A stretch of DNA of 63,629 nucleotides, the filler included, from Sphacelaria rigidula (taxonomy: Eukaryota): the NCBI GenBank assembly GCA_964200075.2. It is 4 parts of 4 records of this genome, joined end to end, with 100 filler letters (N's around TTAATTAATTAA, not from the genome) between each part and the next. Parts side by side here need not be neighbours in the genome. Positions count along the whole stretch, not along the records: positions 31,872 to 47,700 come from CAXNAA020001577.1; positions 47,801 to 63,629 come from CAXNAA020001578.1; 2 more parts are not named here. One strand, written 5' to 3'. The position numbers were made by a program, and so were the translations under genes. Positions 38,489 to 49,684 of this stretch are shown here, piece by piece. Below the pieces are notes generated by a model. That model worked only from the letters and a program-made list of their open reading frames with translations, searched no databases and was not told where the DNA came from. Each line of letters opens with the position of its first letter. The first letter of the stretch is position 1.

Positions 38489-38576
38489 GGCTTCACGATA
38501 GACGGCACCATCCACGAGCACTGCACCAAGGAGAGCGTGAGGGAGGCATTTATTCCCAAGTGCCTTTCGATCAGGG
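38489..38576 (+). CDS. Beta-helix protein exon 4
   Basis: CAG/GTGAGT bounded, phase 0-1: GFTIDGTIHEHCTKESVREAFIPKCLSIR(G). Confidence 0.85.
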
Positions 38577-39079
38577 GTGAGTTCGTTATTCCGATTCCGA
38601 TCCACTGGTCGGTCGGTCGGTATTTCGGTTGGTTGGTTGTTAGACTAATTTTGATCCGTTGATGTGACCCGTTGAACCCGAAGAACGTAAATCGCGGTAT
38701 AAAAAACGTCAGATGAACGGACGCGCGATATTTTCAAGCACTCCTTCATCCGTCCAATTTTTCGGCCTTCGGTCTCGTTTATACCCCCTGGATGAAGATA
38801 TCACTCGAAGTTTTAGACGTCTGCCCTTGAAGAGGGAATGATCGTGATGCTCAAGGCTGAGTCCGGTCGTTGATTGTGACCGTCCCGAACCTCTCTCGCC
38901 TCGGAGTACCCACTAACCTCCCCGTCATGGTGGTCGCAATCATGATTGAAAACGATAATTTTGAGTTTTTTTTCGTGACTCTTGATATTTTCCACGTATA
39001 ACACAGTACATTCGCGATCTTTGCGTCGATGTTATTTCCCTCTCTTCCCCCCCTGGCCGGGGTCAAATGACTGAGGCCA

Positions 39080-40680
39080 GCAAGGTAAATATCGAAATGT
39101 GTTGATATTTCACAAGGGGTTGCACAAGGATGTACGGTATCACCCACATTTTTCAAGGTGTTTATTGATGACCTGATACTAGCAATAGAAGCAGCAAAGT
39201 AAGGAGCCGGCTGGGGGTGGTGAAAGATACCGTGGTATCGGGATTGATGTCCGCGGATGTCTTTGTGACAATATCACAAACAAATATCGAAAGGATTGTA
39301 GAAACGAATGAAAAGGTCGCTAGAATACACTGGATTGAGCACGGAAACAGCGAACGTGAACAAATGCGCAATACTTGCATGTGACTCGTGTTGAGGAGAA
39401 GCCGGCAAAGTTCAAACGGAAGTGGCTAGACGAAGAATCACCGATCGTAGACCAGTATACAAACCTCAAGGTGGAGATATATTGAAATTATATTCTTGCA
39501 ATGCGCACATGAAGGAATGGGAAAGGGTAAGGCACAGGTCATATACGCGTGGTCCTGAGAGACTCACACCTAAATACTACGATCAAGGGATGTATCCTGA
39601 TGGACGTAATTGTGCCGAAGCTAGAATATGAAGGAGGAGTGTGGGAAGGGAACGCGAAGTTCGTGAAGCAGCTGGAAATGGTGCCGACGGTAACAGCTAA
39701 AAGAATGCTTGGATGCTCAAAAACGATGGGTAATGGAGTTTTCAGAGCGGAGTCGGGATTGTACCCAGGTGAAACAAATAGGAACACGAGAAAATTGAAA
39801 TGACATCATTACGTAGGGAACATGCCAAGAGAAGGATTGCCAGCCGTATTTAATGGGGCTATATGGAAGAAAGTGACGAGAGGGCAGGCTCGAACAATGT
39901 GGGATAGCGTAGTCGAGACTGTATGGAAGGATGTAGGAGGAAACCAAGACGAAACAATATCCACGAGTTAACGTGGAGGGTACAGGACAAGAGTAAGAGG
40001 CTTGATACAAATAAGGAGAAACATGCGCTGAGACAGAAATTGGACGAGGAAGAACACCTGGAGATATACGGGGGGTCGAGAGAGGGCACAGGGATGAAAA
40101 CGTATCTACACGGCCCAATGATCTACGCGAAAAGGTTGTAATTGCGATTCCGGGTGGGCAACCTGGAACTGCCAAACTGAAAAAAGAGGTACACCAGTAG
40201 TCGGGTGGAGGAGAACGTAGGTGCACAGATTGCCCCGGTGGCAAAGCAAGAGAGAGTAGAACTCACATCGGGGCAGTATGCGAACTACAAAAGGAGGAAC
40301 GGGACGTCTTGGAGGGGGAATTGTGGGACGAAGGTGACATGAAAATGTTTGATGCATTAGACGAGAAAACAATTGCTATCCTGGGATGTAAATGGTGACC
40401 ACAGATAGCGAAACAGGATAGAGATGATATATGTGAAAGATTCTTACGTAATGTGTGAAAGAAACGTAATTGAGCGCCCACATGTTGGAGGCGTTGCGAT
40501 TTGGAGTAGGGACGGTGCCCCGTCTCGAAAGGGATGCGTGGTCAACGGCCAAATGAATAAGGGAAGCAGCAAATGAGTCCCCCCCCCCCCCCCCCCCCGC
40601 CACTCCTGCTCCGTCTCAAAAGGGATGCGTGGTCAATGGTCAAACGACTATGGCAAGCAACAAATAAGTACCCCGCGCCA
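39080..40680 (+). mobile_element. LINE family A, 5'-truncated, intronic, with a duplicated 3' end
   Basis: QGVAQGCTVSPTFFKVFIDDL; VPKLEYEGGVWEGNAKFVKQLE; 3' motif at about 40520-40600 repeated at 40605-40680. Confidence 0.9.
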
Positions 40681-40721
40681 CTCCGACCCGCCCTATACGC
40701 GTTCACATCCTAACCATCCAG

Positions 40722-40842
40722 GCAAGCGCGATCACCGAACCTTGACGAATGAAAAGGGCGAGACCTACGAGGCCTCGGTGGATGGGGTGGTGGTGAAAAA
40801 CATGAGGATCCACAACTGCGGCGGGGAGGGTGTTCGCCTCAG
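40722..40842 (+). CDS. Beta-helix protein exon 5
   Basis: CAG/GT bounded, phase 1-2: KRDHRTLTNEKGETYEASVDGVVVKNMRIHNCGGEGVRL(R). Confidence 0.85.
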
Positions 40843-41529
40843 GTACGTTAAACATCATCCCTTGTTCTTCTGGTTTGCGGGTTGATATGCGGGGAAAACT
40901 CGCGCGCACGAGGGGGGGCGGGGGGGGGGGCGAAGGATCAGGCACCATTATTTACTCGGTTCCAAGCCTATAGGAAGGATGAGAGCTACCACCTCATAGC
41001 TCATGCACGGCCAAAGAGTAGCGTTTCGGTGAAAGTGTGTGACTTCATTATGCTACATATGGTGTTGTCCGTAACACGCCAACGAGTCTTATATCTGCGA
41101 ACATTCGGTGCAAGGTCTTCGCGGACAGCACGAAACGATGCGGGAGATTCGGGCGTTGACGTACGTGACTTCTTCGTAGAGTTTGATCACTCAGGGCACG
41201 ACAAGAGTACATATGCGTGTGTTTGAGACTTCGATATGATTATGTGAATTTAACAGCAACTTCCTGGGTGCGGTAGGCTTCAACGCCACTTTTGGAAACT
41301 TGAGGCTGGCCGGGTACCGGCAACTGCACCTGTATATCGGAAACGGGGCGGGGATTGGGGAGATATTATCCGATGACATAATTCCATAATGTTCGAATTG
41401 AAGCGAGCGTGGAGAGTGTGTGTGTTTTGTGACCGATCCCGGCGTTTTCATTACTTTAAAAATCTCTGTGTGCGGATGGCTGATCACGTCAATTGACGCC
41501 TGCGATCAAGCTGCTCTTTTTTTGTTCTC

Positions 41530-41877
41530 ACTTCCAACCCCTCCCATTCCTCGGGACAAGCCCCGTGGTCTGTCTCAAAGGGATAAACCATCAACCCACC
41601 TCTCTCTTTCCCCGAGGCGTACGCGCCTTACATCTTGATATAGTATCGTGGATTGGGCCAGCACTTCTACAGCACCGCGTCGACTGTCGTGTAACACCAT
41701 CGGCAAAATAGACTTCACTCTTTTTGCTGCAAACGCCCCCTCGCGCTTTCAAGGGCAGAAATCGGATACTTGTAGAGCAAAAACCAAAAAGACAATTTAG
41801 ACGGATCTGGGGAGAATCGAACTCGTGCTTTTCCCAGTCCTGATGGCGTCAGTTGTAGCACTAGACTACCGGGACGT
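41530..41877 (-). mobile_element. tRNA-derived SINE
   Basis: Head CCCGGTAGTCTAGTG...GAGTTCGATTCTCC on the minus strand, plus body. Confidence 0.8.
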
Positions 41878-41906
41878 TCGCGGCTTACGCTAACGTCATT
41901 GTTGAT

Positions 41907-42289
41907 GACACTTTCTACGATAGCCCCCCCAAAACCATCCGAAAAGTGTCACAAAAAAAAATGGCCCTACAGCGCCTGATGCTGGGGTTTAGGCCGCGTG
42001 AAGCGCCTCATATTGGCGACATTGGCTAAAACGAACCCAAGCGTGGGAATTCCCAGCTGCTCGTTGTGCTCAATTTTCCCATTTCGATTTATGTGAAGTT
42101 TTTGCCTTCCAAAACCATGCACTTTTTTGGGGGGGGGGGGGGGGGGGAGAGTCGGAGAAGCGTGAATGAAGGTTATATTTTTGAATAACCCNNNNNNNNN
42201 NTCTCCCCTTTTCTTTTTGTGTGAGGTTTTTACCCTCCAAAACCGGCCTGTTTTTTTGGGGGGGGGGGGGGGCTATCGTAGAAAGTGTC
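41907..42289. mobile_element. MITE, TIR GACACTTTCTACGATAGCCCCCCC, 4-bp TGAT TSD
   Basis: TIRs and TSD read directly; internal similarity to 32701-32951. Confidence 0.8.
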
Positions 42290-42851
42290 TGATGAGTTGA
42301 TTTATTGACTGAACCCCTCCCTGAAAATCCAGACGTGGTTTGAACCCACAAGATATAACGAAAAAAAATCACATTTGAATTACGTATGTACGCGCAAAAA
42401 GGAATGGGAATGCGTGCCTCAGCGCCGCATTTTTATGCACCATACGTACAGCATACAAATATATGTCATGCGACATATGTCGTGATTGATTTTCGGTTGC
42501 GCCGAATCAACCCTCTCTCACCCCTTGGTCAACAGGGCACTTGTTGACGTGCTACATTGTAAAAAAATCATCGTTCCACACGAACCCCGATGAGTCGCGC
42601 GCGATCGACACTCTTCAACTTTTCAATCTCCGCTCCACCGGGATCCAGTAAAGACGCTGTGTATAAATATATATATACATCTCTATATATATTTTTTGGG
42701 TACGTTTATCATGCGACCACGGCTGGACCCCTGGGGAGTCAGTTAACGTGCGACAATCAACTTATCATTCACCAACCTCATATATATATATATATATATA
42801 TGTCTTTTGACGTGAAATATAAAAATCGTCATATTCCATTTTGCACGTCAG

Positions 42852-42964
42852 GTACTTCGTTACGAACACCACCATCATTCACAACCACATTTCGTCCACG
42901 GGATGCTTCGACTTCAAGTTCGGCTGCGCGGGCGACCAAGGGATCAAGAACGGAGAGGGCATTT
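42852..42964 (+). CDS. Beta-helix protein exon 6 (donor reads GA, not GT)
   Basis: CAG acceptor, phase 2-1: YFVTNTTIIHNHISSTGCFDFKFGCAGDQGIKNGEGI(Y); 3' boundary inferred from the frame of exon 7. Confidence 0.8.
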
Positions 42965-43824
42965 GAGTGTGGCCTTTTCAATGTTTTGCCTGATTTGATG
43001 ATTTTTTGCCTATTCGATTTGTTGCACGGGATGCTTAGAGTAGAGGGTAGGGTGCAAAAGATCCGTAGGTACTGTACTGTGGTACACTGCATGTTTTTTT
43101 TTCTTTTTTTTCCCGTCAATACCCCAGGTATTAACGGAATTCTCACTAGTTACGCCAGTCCGTACCCTGCGTATTGGGTACTACTGTACTCAGAGTACGT
43201 AGCCTGAAAACAACACGGGGTATCTAGTGGTAACCAAGTACCCTTATTATGTCGAGCACCGTCTGTTTGGTTAAATGTAATTTATTGTCTTGATGGGGCG
43301 AAAAAAATATATATGAAGAAAAAAAAGGATGGAAAGGAAAAATATGAAGCGGCGCGGGGTGATCAATTTTTTCATTATTTTCCCACTTTTTTTATTTTTT
43401 ATGATGGTCTGTGAAGTGCTATACGTGGTCCCAATATATCACCTGTTTTATTTCAAGCCCGGGTACGAGTAGTGTTGCAGCGCATGTAGATTTAGCATCG
43501 ATGATTTTCAATCAACGCATTGGCTTTTGCTTCCTCCGCTTCCCGTGCCCTTGTAACCGTTGTTCGCCGCGGCAAGATGTCACACGCTGGATAAATCACA
43601 GTAGATTACATCGTAGAAAAAACGTACGGCGTACAGTATGGAATCTATTGTCTAATGCAATGGACGCAATAGTCGATACTCTATGCAGTACATTTTTCTA
43701 CAACGTCATGTGTTGTCATCATCCAGGGTGTGCAAGGTATCGCCACCATTTTTTAAGCAGTGCGGTTGAGAACACGGAACGGTTGTACCCTGCACCCTGT
43801 ACCCTTTCTCGTTTGTTGCGGCAG

Positions 43825-43922
43825 ACATCGGCACGTCGAGCAGGCAATGGGCTAAAAACATTACGGACGAGCCGGACGTCTGCCGATTCAACCGGGTGGC
43901 ACAAAACTACATCGACACACAC
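43825..43922 (+). CDS. Beta-helix protein exon 7
   Basis: CAG/GTGAG bounded, phase 1-0: IGTSSRQWAKNITDEPDVCRFNRVAQNYIDTH. Confidence 0.85.
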
Positions 43923-44132
43923 GTGAGCTGCTCTGCCGCAGACTTGTTAATTGTAGCCTCGACTGCTTCATCGAGCAGTGCAGAATATTCATGTAGCCAC
44001 ATATATCGGAAGAAGCCCACATACCCAAATGTTCGGAAATCAAGTGTCAAGGAATCGACCGGCAGTTATGTTATTAGTATCATCACTCTTGCTCGTCGTT
44101 ATTCTCGCTCTTATTTTATCATCACAAGGGCC

Positions 44133-44161
44133 TTGTTGTTGTTGTTGTTGTTGTTGTTGTT
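44133..44161 (+). repeat. (TTG)n microsatellite (others: (TA)n 6003-6036 and 42780-42801, (GCC)n 3980-4004, (TC)n about 38370-38400, (GTGCGT)n about 58258-58290, poly-G 4485-4554)
   Basis: Read directly. Confidence 0.85.
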
Positions 44162-44322
44162 CTCCTGCCTCCTGCCTCCTGTCGTCCGTCTTCTCCTTTT
44201 TCTTCATGCTGTTATTCTCCACACAATAGCCCGATCTCTCGAACCCGTGCTCGCGGACGTATCCCCTATTTTATTTTTAACCACAAGCATTGGATCAACA
44301 TTTTATTAAAACAATCAATCAG

Positions 44323-44413
44323 GGAAACGAGTGCGTGGACGTGAAGGAAGGTACACTGGATACCATTGTCGAGACCAACTACTGCACCGGGCAGCTTGAT
44401 GAGGACTCCGGAG
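44323..44413 (+). CDS. Beta-helix protein exon 8
   Basis: CAG/GTGAG bounded, phase 0-1: GNECVDVKEGTLDTIVETNYCTGQLDEDSG(G). Confidence 0.88.
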
Positions 44414-45176
44414 GTGAGCGGTTGGTTGTTGCAACGTCCAGGTGAACACAACAGTGATGTCGAGGGCGTGTCGGGCAGGGTATACCCGATTGTGTGGTAT
44501 TTTGAAAAGTGAAGATCCGGCCCATGCCCACAGCAGAAGCCAGCCCAGTGCTGTTGTTCCCCTCTTAAAAGCCCATACAAGTCATTGCGACTGACTCAGA
44601 CAGTCAATATGCGACGTTTCAAAATACCAAAACATGAGGTATATCCGATATTGCCCGACACGCCCTTGAATAATTCGTCCGAAAATTCGTCCGGGAATCG
44701 CTGGGTTTTTAATGTTACTGCTTCGTATCTTACGAATCAATACTTGACCTTAGTTCTCAGCGTTGCGCACCAGGCACGGGGAATGGCGCAAAACATGTAA
44801 TCGGAAATTTTATCTGGCACACGGCGAATTTGTTTTCGTATTTCCTGCGACCCGTGGGTCCTCAGGAATCGTAAATATGGAGGTTTCTGAACCAAAAATA
44901 GTTCGTCGTACCATATCGTTTTTTTCTCGAAAGGTCCCAGATCCTGGAAAATGACATTATGTTACATTTGTCAGAGAGTGTACTGCGTTCAGTATCACCT
45001 ATTGCGTCTGTTGCATGGTTCTTGTTTCTCGTGAGAAGACGACCCAGCAGGTGTATCTAGACTAGTCAAGTGTCCCATGTACACTTGATATATCGCTCGA
45101 TACACTGATGACATTTTGACGCAGTGCCGGAGTTAGTTGTTCACCCCCCCCCCCTTCCCAAATCTTCTGCCTTTTG

Positions 45177-45370
45177 AGGGTTGGCGTCGGTTTGCAATGA
45201 CGCCGTGAAGCATGCCACTCGCCGCGTAAGCTAGGCAACCAGCTTACTGTTTTTTTGCGCGCTTGCGTTTTTCCCGCGGTAACCATGATGGTGGTCGAGT
45301 TAGATCATATTGTGCAGGGTGGAGAACCTCAACGCCGCGCGTGTGGGATTATTGTAGTACGTGGTATTTG
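45177..45370 (+). repeat. Unclassified dispersed repeat, second copy at 63421-63620
   Basis: AGGGTTGGCGTCGGTT...GCGTAAGCTAGGCAACCAG...CGGTAACCATGATGGT on two different contigs. Confidence 0.8.
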
Positions 45371-45579
45371 AATGGTGAGACACCCATGAGGCAGCGTGTA
45401 ACCGGTGACGGTCTCTGGAAGTGGCGATACCAGAAAAGGAAGTAACTTATTCAAAGCTGTCATCCATATGCGAGATATTCAGTAGGCTTCGGGCCGAACT
45501 ATCTCGGCAGGCTGCAATCCCCCCTTCATGTGACTCGCCGAACACATCGTGGCGCTTCGTGCTTGGTGATTGATTATGA

Positions 45580-45690
45580 GCCTGGTCTGTCGAAAACCCG
45601 GCGTGCCCCGTCCCGGCTTTGTAGGGATACGAGGTCAACGGACATATGGCAGCGGCATGCATGATCATGAGTACACCTCCCTTCCCATTT
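45580..45690 (+). mobile_element. 3' end of a related LINE subfamily (also at 31872-31945 and 4431-4478 on the minus strand)
   Basis: GTGCCCCGTCCCGGCTTTGTAGGGATACGAGGTC...GCATGCATGATCATGAGTACACC; overlapping parts are shared by the three copies. Confidence 0.7.
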
Positions 45691-45892
45691 CATTTTGTTT
45701 TCTTTCTTGTACCCCACTTTCTTATTTTTTCGCAGAGGTTCAATGTTTCTTTTTTTCTTTCTTACTCTCTGCATCCTGAAGTTACCAGTGTTGTTCCAAG
45801 AGCTTACACACAATACCAGCGCGTAGAGCGCTTCGTACGGTGTTGCACCCCGCTTCCTGGTGGACAGAAATTTTGTTTCAGTTTTTTTTGTT

Positions 45893-45985
45893 TGGGGGGA
45901 GATGGGGGGGGGCAGCCGTACTCATTTGTTGCTTGCATTAGTCGTTTGACCATTGACCACGCATCCCTTCCGAGTCGGAGCAGTA
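45893..45985 (-). mobile_element. LINE family A 3'-end fragment
   Basis: Reverse complement GGGATGCGTGGTCAATGGTCAAACGACT...GCAAGCAACAAATGAGTAC followed by a C-rich run. Confidence 0.8.
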
Positions 45986-46153
45986 TTTTTTCGCGGAGGA
46001 GGGACGAAATCTATTGATATTAATTTGATGATTTGTTCATTGATTGACACACATTTACCCGAACTTTGTATCCTATTGCATCTCATTTTCGCCGTTTTTT
46101 GTGTCATTTTTCTTTCCCATGTCCTTCACGTTGAACAAACACTACGACCGCAG

Positions 46154-46275
46154 GTATCGACAGCCGGGCGAACTCGTGCATCATCCGGTACAACAAGATT
46201 GTAGGCTGCAAGGGGGCCGGTATAAGGCTGGGTGGCCACAAAGTCGGCAGCGTGCAGTACGGAGTCGATTGCCAG
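46154..46275 (+). CDS. Beta-helix protein exon 9 (gene continues beyond the contig)
   Basis: CAG/GT bounded, phase 1-0: IDSRANSCIIRYNKIVGCKGAGIRLGGHKVGSVQYGVDCQ. Confidence 0.85.
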
Positions 46276-47459
46276 GTGGGGATTGGTCCAGCGTTCGATC
46301 GACATCTTTCGATGGAGTATTTTTGCAAAAACATATCTTCAGCACTTGTCAATTTCACTTTCACTTATGTAGCTATTTAGACCCCTGGGGGGTCAGTTGA
46401 AGTGCGACAATCAATTAATCAAATCAAATCAACCACAGTGGGGATCCCATCTCTTCCCAAACCCCAATTTACTCCTCCAACCGGCGCTTATAAGCATATC
46501 CTCTCTCTATATATATACCGGGTATATATATACACATACTTCCTCTGTCCTATAAGTAAAGTCCATTATGATCACACGATCCCTTAACCGTGTCCAATGC
46601 CATAGGCGATATATATGATTGAAATCTACAGAGGTTTTTAGTTGAATTGTGTTTTTTTTCGTCTGTTTGCCCAGCAGCCAGCGTGCCCGAACGGCCTATA
46701 AACGATCACTCGTCCCAAAAATGACCATGTTTCGCTGCTTTACCAGAACACAGAGAAAAGCCCTGGGAACCCCAAAAACGGCAATAATCGCGAAAAAAGC
46801 ATAAGTGACTCTTCTTCTCCGGTTCATTGCTGGCATACGATAGCTACGCCTAGTCCGAAACCCCTCGTTCATATTGCAGCCTTCAATTACTTCGAAACAA
46901 GCTAAATTCGTCGAAATTCGACCGGAAGTGTACAGGTTGGAACGGAATTTGGTCGAAAGTTGGCCACGTTGGACCCAACCATTCTAAGGTTGTAGGTCGA
47001 TTATTTTATTTTTGATTTTTCCAGTGGCCATCTCCACAACTATACTTTTTTAACGAATCTATCCAAAACATCGTGAGCACCTCCGTTGGCGAGGTACACG
47101 GCCTATCCTCCATAACAGACTTTACTTATGGGACAGAGGAAGTAGGAGTCAAGATCCGAGATCTTGCGACAAAAAAAACTATATATGGAATCGACGAAAA
47201 AATATTTGTTTCACGGAAACACTCGAGAAAAAAAGGCAAGAAGCAGTACGCGATTAATCCAATCGCCTGATGTGTATGTGATGTTGTTCCCGATCAAAAA
47301 GTTTCTTGCGCCGTTGGGTGTGCACGACCTGTGCTTAGCGCTCCGGTGAAGGACATCACTCATGAATTTTCAACAGCTGTTTGTAGCACGCTCGAGTTTA
47401 GAGCAATGTCGCGATAACCCCCCCCCCCCCCCCAATAAACCAGCCCCCAAAACTTTCAC

Positions 47460-47700
47460 AAAGAAAGTGTGCCAAAAGTGCCATGATGTTGGACGGGGAA
47501 TTATCGCAATACTTCGATATCTTACAAGGAGTTGCACAAGGGTGTACGTTATCCCCCACTTTGTTCAAGGTATTTATTAATGACTTGATAATAGCAATAG
47601 AAGCAGCAGAGCAAGGGGTTCCGGTGGGTGAGGATATGGTATCAGGATTGGTGTTCGCGGATGATTTTGTGGGGATTTCAGGAACACAAGAAGGACTACA
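47460..47700 (+). mobile_element. LINE family A RT fragment cut by the contig end
   Basis: LQGVAQGCTLSPTLFKVFINDL...GLVFADDFVG. Confidence 0.9.
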
Positions 47701-47800
47701 NNNNNNNNNNNNNNNNNNNNNNNNNNNNNNNNNNNNNNNNNNNNTTAATTAATTAANNNNNNNNNNNNNNNNNNNNNNNNNNNNNNNNNNNNNNNNNNNN
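47701..47800. other. Artificial contig-joining linker
   Basis: Same 100-nt N/TTAATTAATTAA structure. Confidence 0.97.
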
Positions 47801-48331
47801 TACCAGCTGTATCAAGACAAGAACTACATGACATAACGACACCCCTCATCGGGGGGGTTCACCCCCCACCCCCCACTTCTCTGGACCGTCGTCATTGCCG
47901 TGCGATTTGGGCTTCGCTGGTCTCCCGTCTGATCGCACGCAGTCGGCTGGCCTCCTCTTCATTCCTGTGCCATGAGGTCATATGTATATATATTCCAGGT
48001 CACTTGTTCCGTGAAGAGATCGATGAATTTGTTTTAGTCGCTGACGCCGCTGTCGCCCCTGAAAGGAGCCAGTCAGAATTGGTCCCTCTGTAATAACGGG
48101 GCTTGCTCGTTCGACGAAGACACCGATCTGTTCTTGTTGCGAATGCACTGGCGCATCACCCGCCCACAGTACGCAGTACCCATGCTACCCCTCTTGTTCC
48201 TCGCCCCACTCTCTGCAGTTGGCACCTTCCATCCCTCCCCTTCCCTCCGGGTTTATTCATTCCCCCGTTGCTCTTTCGCATGGGACCCGGCCTCCTTTGA
48301 TGCCGACGTTTTCTCGTCATGATTAAATTAG

Positions 48332-48487
48332 GTGTGTTGCGGAGGCCAGCATGCGGCGGTGTTGACAGATTGTGGGGCCATCTATACCTGGGGTAGGGGC
48401 GGGTTCGGGCGACTGGGACACGGAGATATTGAGCCCACGGACAAGCCTAGAAGGATCGAGGCTTTGGAAGGGATAACTTGCGTTCAG
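48332..48487 (+). CDS. RCC1-repeat protein, first visible (internal) exon
   Basis: AG/GT bounded: VCCGGQHAAVLTDCGAIYTWGRGGFGRLGHGD...ITCVQ, a canonical RCC1 blade. Confidence 0.92.
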
Positions 48488-49562
48488 GTGCGTTGCGCGG
48501 CCTGTCGGCTCGGAGCTTCCTCGCTGGATAGTCTTCCTCCTCATTCCCCTCTCCCTCATTTCCCTCCGTCAGGTGATTGATTGGCCGTGCACTAGCGCGA
48601 GCATTTGCAGTATGCAGCGCGACACAGAATCATCCGTACGCGAGTGCAATACGTCTCAGACTCACAAGTAAGCGTGGAGACTTTTTGGGGTGTCTGTTCT
48701 GTCGCTGAAGAGTGTCGGCGAGGGGAAATGTATGTAGCAGCCTTTCCGTTACAACTTGTGTTCTGCTTGGCACTATTTTACATTTTACCCCTCCGAGCAC
48801 CGCCAAGCGGTGGCGGGTCCCTGTGGTTGGAAATCGGCGATCGGGAGTCCGCGCTATTTTAGTTCGTCCGACTTGATATCTGCACTTGCTTGCAGCAATC
48901 GCAATCATGTGCCGAAATGTCTCATGCCAGCTGGAAGTGGACATCATCAGTATCCTGCCCATAGACCGATGTGGAGGCAGCTATTCCGACGAAGGTAACC
49001 CTTGGCCAGACCGACGTCGCGATGAATGCTATGCAGAGAGTAGTTCCATGTGGCTCTCTTTTTTTTCTTTCTGATCGGCTGGGTTATTTTCGCATTCCAC
49101 GAAAAATATTAAACCTACCAAAGTGGTCTCGTCTCCAAGCACTCTGGCACCTAGGAAATACCACGCATGCCCTACGCCGGCGGTTCCGCCGTCGGCCCCC
49201 GTCCGACTTCCCATATTTCCGAACGACATCCGATAACACATGCGATATTTTGTACAGCCACGATCACTACTGTACATTGAGATGCAACAGCCTCTCTCGA
49301 CATATATTCTTGACTTGCGTCACCCCCGGGAGACCCGTACCAACCGCCCGAAGGGGAACCTTGTACTACGTAGTATTTCCGAGAAATTCGGAAAATCTGG
49401 GAAAAACACAGATCCGTTGATAACACTCCTTACTACTGCTTTGCACGCACTCGCATATATCAGCGAGCCTTACGGGCCTATGGGAATGAATGAATCCTAG
49501 TTATCTTGGTGGATAAACACCGTGTTGAACGTATACCCGTACTGTTTTTGTGCATGCTTCAG

Positions 49563-49684
49563 GTTGCGTGTGGGTTCGCCTACACAGCCGCGGTGACAGC
49601 CTCGGGAGAGCTGTATACCTGGGGAGCTGGAGAGAACGGGCGCTTAGGTTTAGGGGACCTACAAGATCGTCATACTCCGTCGAG
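49563..49684 (+). CDS. RCC1-repeat protein exon
   Basis: Phase 0-2: [40 protein letters not shown](R). Confidence 0.92.
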
